Below are positions 9,227 through 18,420 of a stretch of DNA of 64,000 nucleotides, piece by piece. A model generated the notes under the pieces. That model was not told where the DNA came from. It was given only the letters and a program-made list of their open reading frames with translations, and did no database searches. The position numbers were made by a program, and so were the translations under genes. The DNA comes from Deltaproteobacteria bacterium UBA1386 (GTDB lineage: Bacteria; Desulfobacterota; Syntrophorhabdia; Syntrophorhabdales; Syntrophorhabdaceae), in assembly GCA_002305765.1 (NCBI GenBank), contig DBQU01000062.1:27859-91858 (forward strand), written 5' to 3'. The stretch's first letter is position 1, and the number at the start of each line of letters is the position of its first letter.

Positions 9227-10279
9227 TCACCGCACGTCGATATAATCGTAGGTTTTCATTTTCTTTATGAAGATCTCCTTCTTTTCCACGGGAACGTTGA
9301 TTCGGTAAATACCCCTGGGAAGGTTGTATCTTCTCAGATGAAGGTTGTTGATCCTGAAGGTCCGGTAGGGGGTATCCATTGCCTTCGCGAGAATGTACGA
9401 GTGGAATTCCCGGCTCGCCTCGATGGTGACCTCCGAAAGGATGGCGGGCCTGTAGAGGTCTTTATCGTTTATCTTTATTCCGTAGCGCTCGCGGTTCGCG
9501 ATGATCTCCTTCAGAGCCAGAACCCTGAAGACGTATCGCTCCGTCTCCTCCGGCAGGTACATGTCGAAAAAATCCCTGGTAGCCTGGTTCTCTATGACCT
9601 CGCGGACGCGACCCGGACCCGCGTTATAAGCGCACATGGCGAGAAGCCAGTCGTTGAATTCCGCGTTGAGCTTCTTGAGGTGCGTCAGGGCGGAGCGCGT
9701 CGCCTTTTTCATGTTGAAGCGTTCATCGATATGATCGTTCACGAGAAGGCCCTCGCGTTTGCCCGTTTCCTTTATGAACTGCCACATCCCGGCCGCGTTC
9801 GCCCGTGAGACGGCCCTGGGGTTCAGATAGCTTTCCGTCACCGCGAGATAGATGAGATCCGAAGGCACGCCCATTCGCTGGATCTCCTCGCTGATCATGG
9901 GAAGGTACTTATAGTAGCGCTTGATGACGACCGTCAGCAATCCCTTGTTCTCGAGCAACTGGAAGAACTCGCGCTCGAACCGCTCCCGAACGTCTCCCCT
10001 GTATATGGGGACTTTCTTGTCGCAAAGCATCAGGTTGTCCGGCAACGCATCAAGATTGAAAAGGTCGGCCTGCCGCTCAAGTCTCATCACGTCCTTTTCG
10101 AGATCGCCCATCCTTTTTTCAACCGGGGCGTTCGTCTTCTTCGAGACGCCCTGGGCCGACAACACCGGCGCGGCAAAAAGAACGGCAACGAGGAGGACGG
10201 CAAAAAAAACGGCCGGAAAAGGGGCGGAGCGGGGTGTTCTCTTCCCGGTCTGCCGCGAGATCACGCCTGACCCGATCAC
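9227..10279 (-). CDS. Lytic murein transglycosylase (SLT domain), secreted
   Basis: Signal-peptide-like N-terminus (FFAVLLVAVLFAAPVLSAQG). SLT catalytic block VTESYLNPRAVSRANAAGMWQF plus AYNAGPGRV. Confidence 0.85.
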   Translation of the reverse strand: MIGSGVISRQTGKRTPRSAPFPAVFFAVLLVAVLFAAPVLSAQGVSKKTNAPVEKRMGDLEKDVMRLERQADLFNLDALPDNLMLCDKKVPIYRGDVRERFEREFFQLLENKGLLTVVIKRYYKYLPMISEEIQRMGVPSDLIYLAVTESYLNPRAVSRANAAGMWQFIKETGKREGLLVNDHIDERFNMKKATRSALTHLKKLNAEFNDWLLAMCAYNAGPGRVREVIENQATRDFFDMYLPEETERYVFRVLALKEIIANRERYGIKINDKDLYRPAILSEVTIEASREFHSYILAKAMDTPYRTFRINNLHLRRYNLPRGIYRINVPVEKKEIFIKKMKTYDYIDVR

Positions 10280-10500
10280 GACTCCTCCCGCACCATCTTC
10301 GTGAGGATGGAGACCCTGTTCCCCATGCGCTCGATGACACGCTTCATCTCTGTCTGCACGGCGGCGAGATTGTCGTATTTCTTCCTGTAAACCGCCTCGA
10401 TCTCAGTCTTCCAGTGATCGACGATCTCGATCTCCTTCCTGTTCATCTCGATGTCGAATTTCTTCCGGAGCTCACGCATCATCTTCTCATTGATCTCCAT
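10276..10500 (-). CDS. Small charged coiled-coil-like protein, unknown function
   Basis: 74-aa ORF wedged between dedA and slt (14-nt and 4-nt overlaps). Lys/Glu-rich heptad-like sequence; no family recognised. Confidence 0.5.
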   Translation of the reverse strand: MEINEKMMRELRKKFDIEMNRKEIEIVDHWKTEIEAVYRKKYDNLAAVQTEMKRVIERMGNRVSILTKMVREES

Positions 10501-11062
10501 AGGTCTCCCTCTCTTTCTTGTTCACTATATACCGGTAGAAGAGAATGAACAATATGACGAGACCGAGGACCACCGGCACGATTACGGTTTCATACTTCTT
10601 GATGTCATCGAGAAAGACAAAAACGACGCTGCCGAAGAGATATCCGATAAGACCAACAAGGATGCTCCAGCAGACGGAATTGAGAATGCTGAAAAGGAGG
10701 AACCTGCCTATCCTCATGTTCGTGCAGCCCAGCAGGATGAGGACCACCGCCCTGATACCCACGAGGAACCGGATGATGAATATGATAAAATTCCCGTAGT
10801 GCTTGATGATCCTGTTGGCAAGAGGTACCTTGTTCCTGATGAACTCGAAGCGGTCGACGATGTTTTTCCCGAAGCACCTTCCGATGGAGAAGAATGTGCA
10901 GTCTCCCGCGAGGGTCCCCGCAAAGGCATACAGCATGACCATGAAGATGTTCATGAATCCCAGCCGGGAGAAGATCCCGCCAAGGAGCACCGTGGTCTCT
11001 CCTTCAAGAAAAGTACCGACAAAAATGCCGATATAACCGTATTTTGCGATATACGCTTCCAT
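10487..11062 (-). CDS. DedA family membrane protein
   Basis: N-terminal DedA motif YGYIGIFVGTFLEGETTVLLGG; 191 aa with multiple TM segments. Confidence 0.8.
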   Translation of the reverse strand: MEAYIAKYGYIGIFVGTFLEGETTVLLGGIFSRLGFMNIFMVMLYAFAGTLAGDCTFFSIGRCFGKNIVDRFEFIRNKVPLANRIIKHYGNFIIFIIRFLVGIRAVVLILLGCTNMRIGRFLLFSILNSVCWSILVGLIGYLFGSVVFVFLDDIKKYETVIVPVVLGLVILFILFYRYIVNKKERETYGDQ

Positions 11063-11232
11063 GTCGCGAAGCAGTCAGCTCTCGTGAAGGGTCCTCGGGG
11101 AGGCCTCTTTCCGGCGGGTGCTTCATATCCTCCTTGTGGTCATTCATTTTATATGGATGTCGCGCAATGGTCAACACAACATTTCCCGTTCCTTCCCGCC
11201 AGATGATCAGGATCGCGCCGGGATGCGCGGAC

Positions 11233-11943
11233 TCATGAGTCCTTATCCTTCTGTTTCTCGACCATCTTCACGAGGATTATGCCGATCTCATAGAAAATAT
11301 ACATGGGTACCGCGAGAAGCGAGAGGTTGTATACATCGGGCGTGGGCGTGATGAGGGCCGAGGCGACGACAATGCCCAGGAGGGCGTATCGCCGCGTGCG
11401 CACCAGCATCCTCGCCTTTACGATCCCGAGCTTTCCCAGGGCGAGGAGGATAAGGGGCACTTCGAAGGTGGTCCCGAAGGCGAAGATCATGGCAGTGGAG
11501 AAGGTGAGGTATCGTTCCACCGATATCATGGCCATCAGGGCGTCGCTTTCGTAACCCGTGACGAGGAACTTGATCCCCGAGGGAAGCACTATTTTCCAGC
11601 AGAAGAAACTGCCCCCGTAAAAGAGGACTATCGCGGCAAACACCAGGAGGTAGCCAAAGACGCGCTTGGTCCTGTACAGGTCCTTCATCTCGTGCCAGGC
11701 GAGAAATATGATGACGGGCAGAGCGAAAAAAATGCCTGCGTAGAGGGCAAGCTGCACGGTGGCGAGGAAGACCTCCTGGATGGTGAGGTAATAGACCTTG
11801 ATGCCCGTCGCCTTGACGAGAAGGTAGAGCATCTGCTTCGAGTAGACGAAGCTGACGATCCCGGCGACGGCGATGAAGGCCAGTGACTTGAGAAATACCC
11901 TTCGCACCCCCGTCAGGGCGCCTATGATCTTTTCCCGTTCCAT
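11233..11943 (-). CDS. tatC: Twin-arginine translocase subunit TatC
   Basis: 236 aa, 6 TM. TatC-like blocks (LPSGIKFL, ALITPTPDVYNLSLLAVPMYIFYE). Confidence 0.85.
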   Translation of the reverse strand: MEREKIIGALTGVRRVFLKSLAFIAVAGIVSFVYSKQMLYLLVKATGIKVYYLTIQEVFLATVQLALYAGIFFALPVIIFLAWHEMKDLYRTKRVFGYLLVFAAIVLFYGGSFFCWKIVLPSGIKFLVTGYESDALMAMISVERYLTFSTAMIFAFGTTFEVPLILLALGKLGIVKARMLVRTRRYALLGIVVASALITPTPDVYNLSLLAVPMYIFYEIGIILVKMVEKQKDKDS

Positions 11944-12539
11944 ATGGGTCCGCTCCGGGATGTACCCAGCGAGATAATGTACTTCAGCGCGTCGTCAGTT
12001 GCCATGTCGAGAAAGAGGAGTTCTTCCTCCTTCGTGATGATGATGTACCCCGATGTGGGGTTCGGCGTGGTGGGCACGAAAACCGCGCAATGCTTGATCC
12101 CCCCGATCTCCACCCTGTTCGTCACAAGCCCTATCGCGTACCTCCCCTGAAAAGGGAATTCGATGAGGACGACCTCCTTGAACGACTTTATCTTCTCCGA
12201 CGAGAAGGCCTCCATCATGTCCTTGACGGAGCCGTAGATGCTCTTCACGATGGGGATCCTCTTCACCAGTCTTTCTCCCCGTGAGAAAAGGGTCTTCCCG
12301 AAGTAGTTGGAGACGAAAAGACCGGTGAGGTACGTAATGACGACGAAGATGATGCAGGCTGTGCCCGTTACGTAGACCTCGCGTTGAAAGACCTGGAAAA
12401 AGATGTTCTTCAGGGCAGGCCCGATGAAGCCTTCGATGAAGGAAACGACAACGTAGATGATATAGGCGGTGACTATGAGCGGAATGAGGACGAAAAGCCC
12501 GGTAATGAACTTTTTTTTCAGGTGCTTTGCCACACTCAT
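11922..12539 (-). CDS. DUF502-like membrane protein
   Basis: 205 aa. Two N-terminal TM helices (KKKFITGLFVLIPLIVTAYIIYVV) and a conserved soluble C-terminal part (TTPNPTSGYIIIT). The family assignment is from memory. Confidence 0.6.
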   Translation of the reverse strand: MSVAKHLKKKFITGLFVLIPLIVTAYIIYVVVSFIEGFIGPALKNIFFQVFQREVYVTGTACIIFVVITYLTGLFVSNYFGKTLFSRGERLVKRIPIVKSIYGSVKDMMEAFSSEKIKSFKEVVLIEFPFQGRYAIGLVTNRVEIGGIKHCAVFVPTTPNPTSGYIIITKEEELLFLDMATDDALKYIISLGTSRSGPIWNGKRS

Positions 12540-12590
12540 GGTGTCGACATACTATCGTCGGAAGGGAGGAAAGTCAATGAAAAGACCATT

Positions 12591-12626
12591 TGAATCGCTT
12601 GAGCCGTTTGAATCGCTTGAGCCGTT
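12591..12626. repeat. Perfect tandem duplication of the 18-mer TGAATCGCTTGAGCCGTT (two 9-nt subunits each); family A arm without a partner
   Basis: Read directly: 12591..12608 equals 12609..12626. Same 9-nt unit type (CTTGARYSG) as the arms at 19.8, 30.9 and 42.6 kb. Confidence 0.9.
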
Positions 12627-12661
12627 TCAAGACAAGAAAAAAGACAATACTTTACCTTGCT

Positions 12662-14629
12662 TTATATGCCGGGTTCCCTGGCCTCCAGGAACTCTTTCAA
12701 TGCCTCGGCGGAGGTGAGGGGTTCGTAGCAGGTGGTGGCGATGCAGGGGATGATGATGTTATCGCCGGGGTCGCCCCAGGTGATGCACGTATAAGGGTGA
12801 TAAGAGAAGAGGGAGGCTTCGGCAAGTTCCGACACAGCCCCGGCGCGGAGCTCGAGCTTTACCATCCGGTAGAAGGCCTCGAGGGCGCAAAGACAATAGG
12901 CTCCATGGATCGCCATAGGGGATGCCTCGGACGAAAAGGCTTCGAGGGCCTTCGCAGCGTGGTCGCGGTACATGTCGTCGCCTGATATCGCCGCGAGCTT
13001 GATGAGCACAAGGATGGCAACGGCGTTAGGTGATGGTCTCGGTATGTCCTCGATGCCCTTGAGGCGGATCCCTATCACCTCTTCTTCGGTGTCGAAGAAC
13101 CCCGCCCCCGCGCTGTCCCGGAAACGGTCGATGCAGATGTCCATGAGAACCTTTGCCTCGTCGAGGTATTTCCTCTCACCCGTCGCCTCGTAGACGGAGA
13201 TGAGACCATCGCAGAAGTACGCGTAATCCTCGAGGAAGGCCTTCACACCCTCGGAGTGATAGAGTTCTCCGTCCCGCAGGTTCACGTCCAGGATCCTCGC
13301 AAGCGCGAGGCGGGCGCGGTCAAGCACCGTCCTGTCACCAAATGTCCTGTAAGCTTTGCAGTAGGCCGATATCATCATGCCGTTGAGGGACGTGTACAGC
13401 GCGGTGTCGATGAAGGGTTTCTGTCTCTTCTCACGCTCGGCGAGAAGCTTCTGTTTTCCGCGCGCTATAACCTCCCGCACCGTCGGTGCATCCATGCCCG
13501 TTTTGCGGGCGATGTCTTCGACGGACCCGCGGACGGAGAGCACCACCTTCCGTGGGTCGTGGTGCACGGCGTTGCCCGGGTCAAAGAGATACATCGACAG
13601 CACCCGGTGCTCCTCTTCACCCAGCACCCGCCTGAGGTCCTCATCGGTCCAGGTGAAATACCCCCCTTCATCGTCAGGCGTCACGTCGGCGTCCATGCTG
13701 GCGTAGAAACCGCCCTGCGGGTCCGAGAGCTCCTTGTCGACAAAGGCGATGATGCCCCGGGCCGTGTCCTTGAGGTACGGGTCTCCGAAGAGCCGGTAGG
13801 CGTCGCAATAATTCCTGAGAAGCCATGCGTTGTCGTCCGCCATCTTCTCGAAATGAGGCACAGCCCATGCACTGTCCGTCGAATAGCGGTGAAAACCGCC
13901 GCCGATCTGGTCGTGGAAACCGCCGTTCGCCATGGCCGAAAGAGTCTTCTTCAGCATGAGGACAAGGCTTTCGTCGCCCGTGAAGAAACACCTTCCCAGC
14001 AGGAACTCGATGGCACCGGGCATGGCAAATTTCGGGGCGCTTCCGAATCCTCCGTTGGTGCTGTCGAAAACGGCAAGCATCGCTGCTGCCGCCTCATCGA
14101 TGAGCATGCCCGAGAGGGGCCTCGATGCCTTCCTCTCTTTCCTGACGGCGTCAAGGAACATCCCTCCCTGCTCTTCGATCTCCTCCCTCTTCTCCTTGTA
14201 GTAGAGGCTGATCGCCAGGAGGACCGTCCCGAAGGCCGGGATGCCGAAGCGCTCGACGGGCGGGAAATAGGTGCCCCCGAAAAAGGGTTTCTTGTCGGGG
14301 GTCAGAAAGACACTGAGCGGCCATCCTCCGCCCTGCCCCATGGCGGCCACCGCCTGCTGGTAGCGGCGGTCGATGTCGGGCCGCTCGTCGCGATCGAGCT
14401 TGACGGCCACAAAGTGCTCGTTAAGGATCGCCGCCACGGTGTCATCTTCGAAGCTTTCCTTCGCCATTACATGGCACCAGTGGCACCAGATAGCCCCCGA
14501 GCTCAGAAAGACGGGCTTGTTCTCCCTCGCCGCCCTGTCAAAGGCTTCCTGCGACCAGGGCTGCCAGTCGATCTTTTGATGAGCGGCATGCCTGAGATAC
14601 GCCGACCGTTCCTGGGCCAGTCTGTTCAT
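12662..14629 (-). CDS. Thioredoxin-domain protein of the YyaL/DUF255 type with (alpha/alpha)6 epimerase-like C-terminal domain
   Basis: ORF to 14647; preferred start ATG 14629 (MNRLAQERSAYL) preceded by GGAGGA. Motif KPVFLSSGAIWCHWCHVMAKESFED. Confidence 0.8.
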   Translation of the reverse strand: MNRLAQERSAYLRHAAHQKIDWQPWSQEAFDRAARENKPVFLSSGAIWCHWCHVMAKESFEDDTVAAILNEHFVAVKLDRDERPDIDRRYQQAVAAMGQGGGWPLSVFLTPDKKPFFGGTYFPPVERFGIPAFGTVLLAISLYYKEKREEIEEQGGMFLDAVRKERKASRPLSGMLIDEAAAAMLAVFDSTNGGFGSAPKFAMPGAIEFLLGRCFFTGDESLVLMLKKTLSAMANGGFHDQIGGGFHRYSTDSAWAVPHFEKMADDNAWLLRNYCDAYRLFGDPYLKDTARGIIAFVDKELSDPQGGFYASMDADVTPDDEGGYFTWTDEDLRRVLGEEEHRVLSMYLFDPGNAVHHDPRKVVLSVRGSVEDIARKTGMDAPTVREVIARGKQKLLAEREKRQKPFIDTALYTSLNGMMISAYCKAYRTFGDRTVLDRARLALARILDVNLRDGELYHSEGVKAFLEDYAYFCDGLISVYEATGERKYLDEAKVLMDICIDRFRDSAGAGFFDTEEEVIGIRLKGIEDIPRPSPNAVAILVLIKLAAISGDDMYRDHAAKALEAFSSEASPMAIHGAYCLCALEAFYRMVKLELRAGAVSELAEASLFSYHPYTCITWGDPGDNIIIPCIATTCYEPLTSAEALKEFLEAREPGI

Positions 14630-14787
14630 CGGTCCTCCATCGTGCAAGCGCTAAAGACGCATCAAGCAATATCAGCACGAAAACGTGCGATGTCAACGAC
14701 GATGCGCCGCACATCATTGTTCCCTTGCCTGGTGACCTTTCCTGGGGCATAATAGACATATACAACAACACGACGGGGAGCGGCACC

Positions 14788-16089
14788 ATGAGACAGGTCA
14801 GACATTACCGGATATTCGTTGCAGTTGCCCTTGCGGCGTTCATATTGGCATCTGCCAGGGGGTATGCCATGAACCTTATCTTCGAGGACGCGCAGTACTC
14901 TTTCCAGACCTTGAGGGCAACAGCGGCGACGGCTGGGGGCGCCGCCGACATCGGTGAATGCCTCAAAACCGCCTACCGCATCACGGAAGGCGATGACGAG
15001 AGCTGGTACCGCGAATGGTTCAGGACGGCCGAGCAGCGAAGGAAGGAAGCCGATGATCTCGCCGCACAGGGCAGAATGATGAGCGCACACCAGGAATACC
15101 TGAAGGCGTCCAACTATTACAGGACCGCCGAGTTCTTCCTCCACAACAACCCTGAAGACCCCCGAATACTTGCCACCTGGCGAGAAGGCCGCGAGAGCTT
15201 TCTCAAGGCCGCGCGACTTTCCCGGGCACCGATAATTCCCGTGGAGATCCCTTTCGAAGGCACGACCCTCCCGGGGTATCGCTGTCTCGTGGATGACCGG
15301 AAGGTAAAGCGACCGCTTCTCGTCATCCAGACAGGTTTCGACGGAACCGCGGAGGAGCTCTATTATACCGTGGCCGTATTCGCCCTCGCGAGAGGATACA
15401 ACTGTCTGCTGTTCGAGGGGCCGGGTCAGGGACGCGTCATTCGTGAACAGAAGATACCATTCCGCCCGAACTGGGAAACCGTGATCACACCTGTTGTTGA
15501 TTTCGCTCTGGGACAGGAGGAAACGGACCCCCGGCACATCGCGATAATGGGGATCAGCTTCGGGGGGTATTTCGTGCCGCGGGCCATGGCCTTCGAGAAA
15601 AGGATCCCCTTCTGCATAGTGAACGGCGGCGTCTACGACTTTCACAGGACTGCCCGCCTCACCCCCGAGCTGGAGAAGATGCTCGACTCGGCGGAGGGCT
15701 CCGGGGCCATCGACAGGGAGGTTTACGAGAGGATGGAAAAGAGTCCTTCCCTCCGATGGGCGGTCGGCAACGGCATGTTCACCTTCCACGCGAAGACGCC
15801 GTCGGAGTGGTTCAGGATGACACGGGCCTACACGCTTGAAGGGGTGACAGACAGGATCACCTGCACGATGCTCGTCGTCGACTCCGAGGATGACAGGGAC
15901 ATGCCGGGCCAGTCACGGATGCTGTACGACGCGCTCAGGTCTCCCCGGGATTACATGCTCTTCACCAGGGAAGAAGGGGCGGAGGAACACTGCCAGGTGG
16001 GCGCCTCCCGTATATCGAACGCGCGCATCCTCGACTGGCTGGACAACGCAATGAAGGCAAAACCGATGATGGAGGGAAGCAGGGAATGA
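14788..16089 (+). CDS. Secreted alpha/beta-fold hydrolase
   Basis: ORF from 14725; preferred start ATG 14788 after GGGGAG. Signal-like N-terminus (IFVAVALAAFILASARG) and nucleophile elbow GISFGG. Confidence 0.75.
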   Translation: MRQVRHYRIFVAVALAAFILASARGYAMNLIFEDAQYSFQTLRATAATAGGAADIGECLKTAYRITEGDDESWYREWFRTAEQRRKEADDLAAQGRMMSAHQEYLKASNYYRTAEFFLHNNPEDPRILATWREGRESFLKAARLSRAPIIPVEIPFEGTTLPGYRCLVDDRKVKRPLLVIQTGFDGTAEELYYTVAVFALARGYNCLLFEGPGQGRVIREQKIPFRPNWETVITPVVDFALGQEETDPRHIAIMGISFGGYFVPRAMAFEKRIPFCIVNGGVYDFHRTARLTPELEKMLDSAEGSGAIDREVYERMEKSPSLRWAVGNGMFTFHAKTPSEWFRMTRAYTLEGVTDRITCTMLVVDSEDDRDMPGQSRMLYDALRSPRDYMLFTREEGAEEHCQVGASRISNARILDWLDNAMKAKPMMEGSRE

Positions 16090-16162
16090 AGGCTCAATGA
16101 ACAACTGCACCGTATCCTGCCGGATGGGAGCTTTGACGCTTTTCGTTCGACTGTCGATCTTC

Positions 16163-16209
16163 GGCCAATTCGCTCTTGTCTGGTTATTGGGATTTGATCA
16201 TTGGTTATT
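16163..16209. repeat. Family D arm (single copy) overlapping the ahbD stop codon
   Basis: 16172..16209 matches 18381..18418 at 32 of 38 positions (hand alignment). Both lie at the 3' end of a radical-SAM ahb gene. Confidence 0.7.
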
Positions 16210-17217
16210 CTTTTCCCTGTACGAACACAGCGGCTCTTCCTGGAGGTAATCTCCCGTCTCCTCGTAGGCGCGGGCGCGGCAGCCGCCGCAGATGCGGACA
16301 TAGCGGCAGGTCGAGCATTTTCCACGATATAACGTGAGATCGCGCAGGCGCCGGAACACCTCGGAGCCCTCCCAGACAGTCCTCACACCGTCCCTTCGCA
16401 CATCGCCCGAATCGATCTCAAGGTAACCGCAGGGCTGGGCGATGCCTCGGTGAGAGATGAACATGAAGCTCTTCCCGGCAAGGCACCCTGCGCTTTTCGG
16501 CGTCTCCCCATCTTCCTTCACGATGCGGTAATAGTGCGGGGCACAGGTCACCTTCATCTCCAGCTCGCCCCTCTTTTCAATTGCCCGAAGCCGGTGGAGC
16601 ACCTCCTCATAGGCCTCGGCGGAGAGTTCCTTTCCCTTGAGGCCTGTTCCCCTGCCGACAGGCACGAGGAGAAAGACGTGCCAGGCGACAGCCCCGAGGG
16701 ACCTGACCAACGCATAGATATCGTCGAGGTCATCGACATTGAGCCTCGTCACCGTGGTATTTATCTGGAAAGGCAGACCCGTCAGCTTGAGGGTCCCTGC
16801 CGCCCCGGTCACGGCCCGGAAGGACCCGTCGACACCGCGAAACTTGTCGTGACCGGTTCCGTCCCTTGCGTCGATGCTGAGGCTCACCCTCTTTATACCC
16901 GAGGCCTCGAGCCTTTTCGCCACCCCTTCGTCGACAAGGGTACCGTTCACGGCGATGACCATTCTCAATCCCCTGTCATTGCCATATTCGATGATGTCGA
17001 AGATATCGCGTCTCATCAGCGGTTCCCCGCCGGTCAAAATGACCGTCGGCTCCGAGAAGGACAGGATGTCATCAATGACGGCCTTGCACTCTTCCGTTGA
17101 GAGCTCGCCCTCGTAGGGACCCGACGCCGCTGACGCGCGGCAGTGCATGCAGGAAAGGTTGCAGTTGCGGGTCAGCTCCCAGGCGACCATCCTCAAAGGG
17201 TATGTTCTTTCGCCCAT
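16198..17217 (-). CDS. ahbD: Radical SAM/SPASM haem-biosynthesis enzyme (NirJ-like), probable haem synthase AhbD
   Basis: CxxxCxxC motif in WELTRNCNLSCMHC. C-terminal SPASM-like Cys cluster (CSTCRYVRICGGCRARAY). Flanks hemB, as I recall for the Desulfovibrio ahbD-hemB-ahbC arrangement. The AhbC versus AhbD assignment rests on length only. Confidence 0.55.
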   Translation of the reverse strand: MGERTYPLRMVAWELTRNCNLSCMHCRASAASGPYEGELSTEECKAVIDDILSFSEPTVILTGGEPLMRRDIFDIIEYGNDRGLRMVIAVNGTLVDEGVAKRLEASGIKRVSLSIDARDGTGHDKFRGVDGSFRAVTGAAGTLKLTGLPFQINTTVTRLNVDDLDDIYALVRSLGAVAWHVFLLVPVGRGTGLKGKELSAEAYEEVLHRLRAIEKRGELEMKVTCAPHYYRIVKEDGETPKSAGCLAGKSFMFISHRGIAQPCGYLEIDSGDVRRDGVRTVWEGSEVFRRLRDLTLYRGKCSTCRYVRICGGCRARAYEETGDYLQEEPLCSYREKNNQ

Positions 17218-18179
17218 GTGCCGATCTCTTTCGCGAAGTAGGTGATGATGATGTCCGCTCCGGCGCGCCGGATGCTCGTCGTGGATTCGATGACCGCCCT
17301 TTTCAGATCGAGGGAGCCCTGCGCCGCGGCGAACCTTATCATGGAATACTCGCCGCTGACGCTGTACGCGGCGAGAGGTATGTTGAACCTTTCTCTCGCC
17401 TGACTCAAGACGTCAAGGTAGAAGAGCGCCGGCTTCACTATGATTATGTCCGCCCCCTCCTCAATGTCGAGAGCGATCTCCCGCAGGGCCTCACGGCTGT
17501 TGGGGGGATCCATCTGGTAGGACTTTCGGTCACCGAACTGCGGGGCCGACTCCGCCGCCTCCCGGAAGGGGCCGTAGAGACAGGATGCGTACTTCGCGGC
17601 ATAGCTCATTACGGGCACATTGTAGTCCCCGTGAAGGTCGATCATCTCCCTGATGGCACGCACACGACCGTCCATCATGTCCGAAGGCGCGACCATGTCG
17701 GCACCGGCCACGACATGACTGAGCGCGCTTTTCGCGAGGAGCTTCAAGGTCTCGTCGTTGTCGACATAGCCGTCCTTCACGACGCCGCAGTGGCCGTGAT
17801 TCGTGTACTCGCACATGCAGACGTCGGTGATGACGAGGATGTCTTCGCCGAAGCGCGCCTTGATGGCCCGCACCGCCTGTTGGACGATACCGTTCTTGTC
17901 GTAGGCACCGCTGCCCGTTTCGTCCTTCTTCTCGGGTATGCCGAAGACGAGGATGGCAGGCACACCCGCCTCAAGAACCTTCTCCACCTCGCCGAGCACC
18001 CCCTCGACGGAGAACTGGTTGATCCCGGGCATGGCGTCGATGGGAACCTCGCGTTCGCTCATCTCCTTCACAAAGACGGGATAGACGAGGCAATCGGGCG
18101 AGAGCGTGGTTTCGCGGACCATGTTCCTCAGTTTCTCGTTCTTCCTCATTCTCCTCGGCCGGTACGTCGGGTAACGCAT
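17193..18179 (-). CDS. hemB: Porphobilinogen synthase (delta-aminolevulinate dehydratase)
   Basis: 328 aa. N-terminus MRYPTYRPRRMRKNEKLRNMVRET and a Cys-rich metal site (DVCMCEYTNHGHCG). Strong SD (TAAGGAGG) upstream. Confidence 0.95.
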   Translation of the reverse strand: MRYPTYRPRRMRKNEKLRNMVRETTLSPDCLVYPVFVKEMSEREVPIDAMPGINQFSVEGVLGEVEKVLEAGVPAILVFGIPEKKDETGSGAYDKNGIVQQAVRAIKARFGEDILVITDVCMCEYTNHGHCGVVKDGYVDNDETLKLLAKSALSHVVAGADMVAPSDMMDGRVRAIREMIDLHGDYNVPVMSYAAKYASCLYGPFREAAESAPQFGDRKSYQMDPPNSREALREIALDIEEGADIIIVKPALFYLDVLSQARERFNIPLAAYSVSGEYSMIRFAAAQGSLDLKRAVIESTTSIRRAGADIIITYFAKEIGTWAKEHTL

Positions 18180-18195
18180 GAAGCCTCCTTAGAAG

Positions 18196-18420
18196 ATAAT
18201 GACCAATGACCACATTCCAGCAACCAGGGAAAGAAAACCACCAAGAGACCAGGCGCCAGTGACCACGAACTGATAATGACAAATCTACCAGATTCCAGCC
18301 GACCAGACAACAGTCACGTGCGTGGCCAATGGGTCGTCTCGTCTGTCGTTTCTGGCTGGAGATTGATTATTGCTCGATTGGCTATTGTTTGGTTATTTGA
18401 ATTTGATCATTGATCATTAT
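18196..18420. repeat. Family D element: about 225-nt imperfect palindrome between ahbC and hemB
   Basis: Outer arms 18196..18228 and 18388..18420 are reverse complements at 25 of 33 positions. Arms contain AATGAYC-type short repeats and the centre is at CACGTG (about 18318). The left half is A/C-rich and the right half G/T-rich. Confidence 0.75.

Noticed and set aside
11005-11126. 40-codon minus-strand ORF preceded by AAGGAGG in the tatC-dedA gap, overlapping the dedA start
   Set aside because: The SD-to-ATG spacing is only about 2 nt, the peptide is Arg-rich with no features, and it overlaps dedA out of frame. It may matter for dedA translation, but it is not supportable as a gene.
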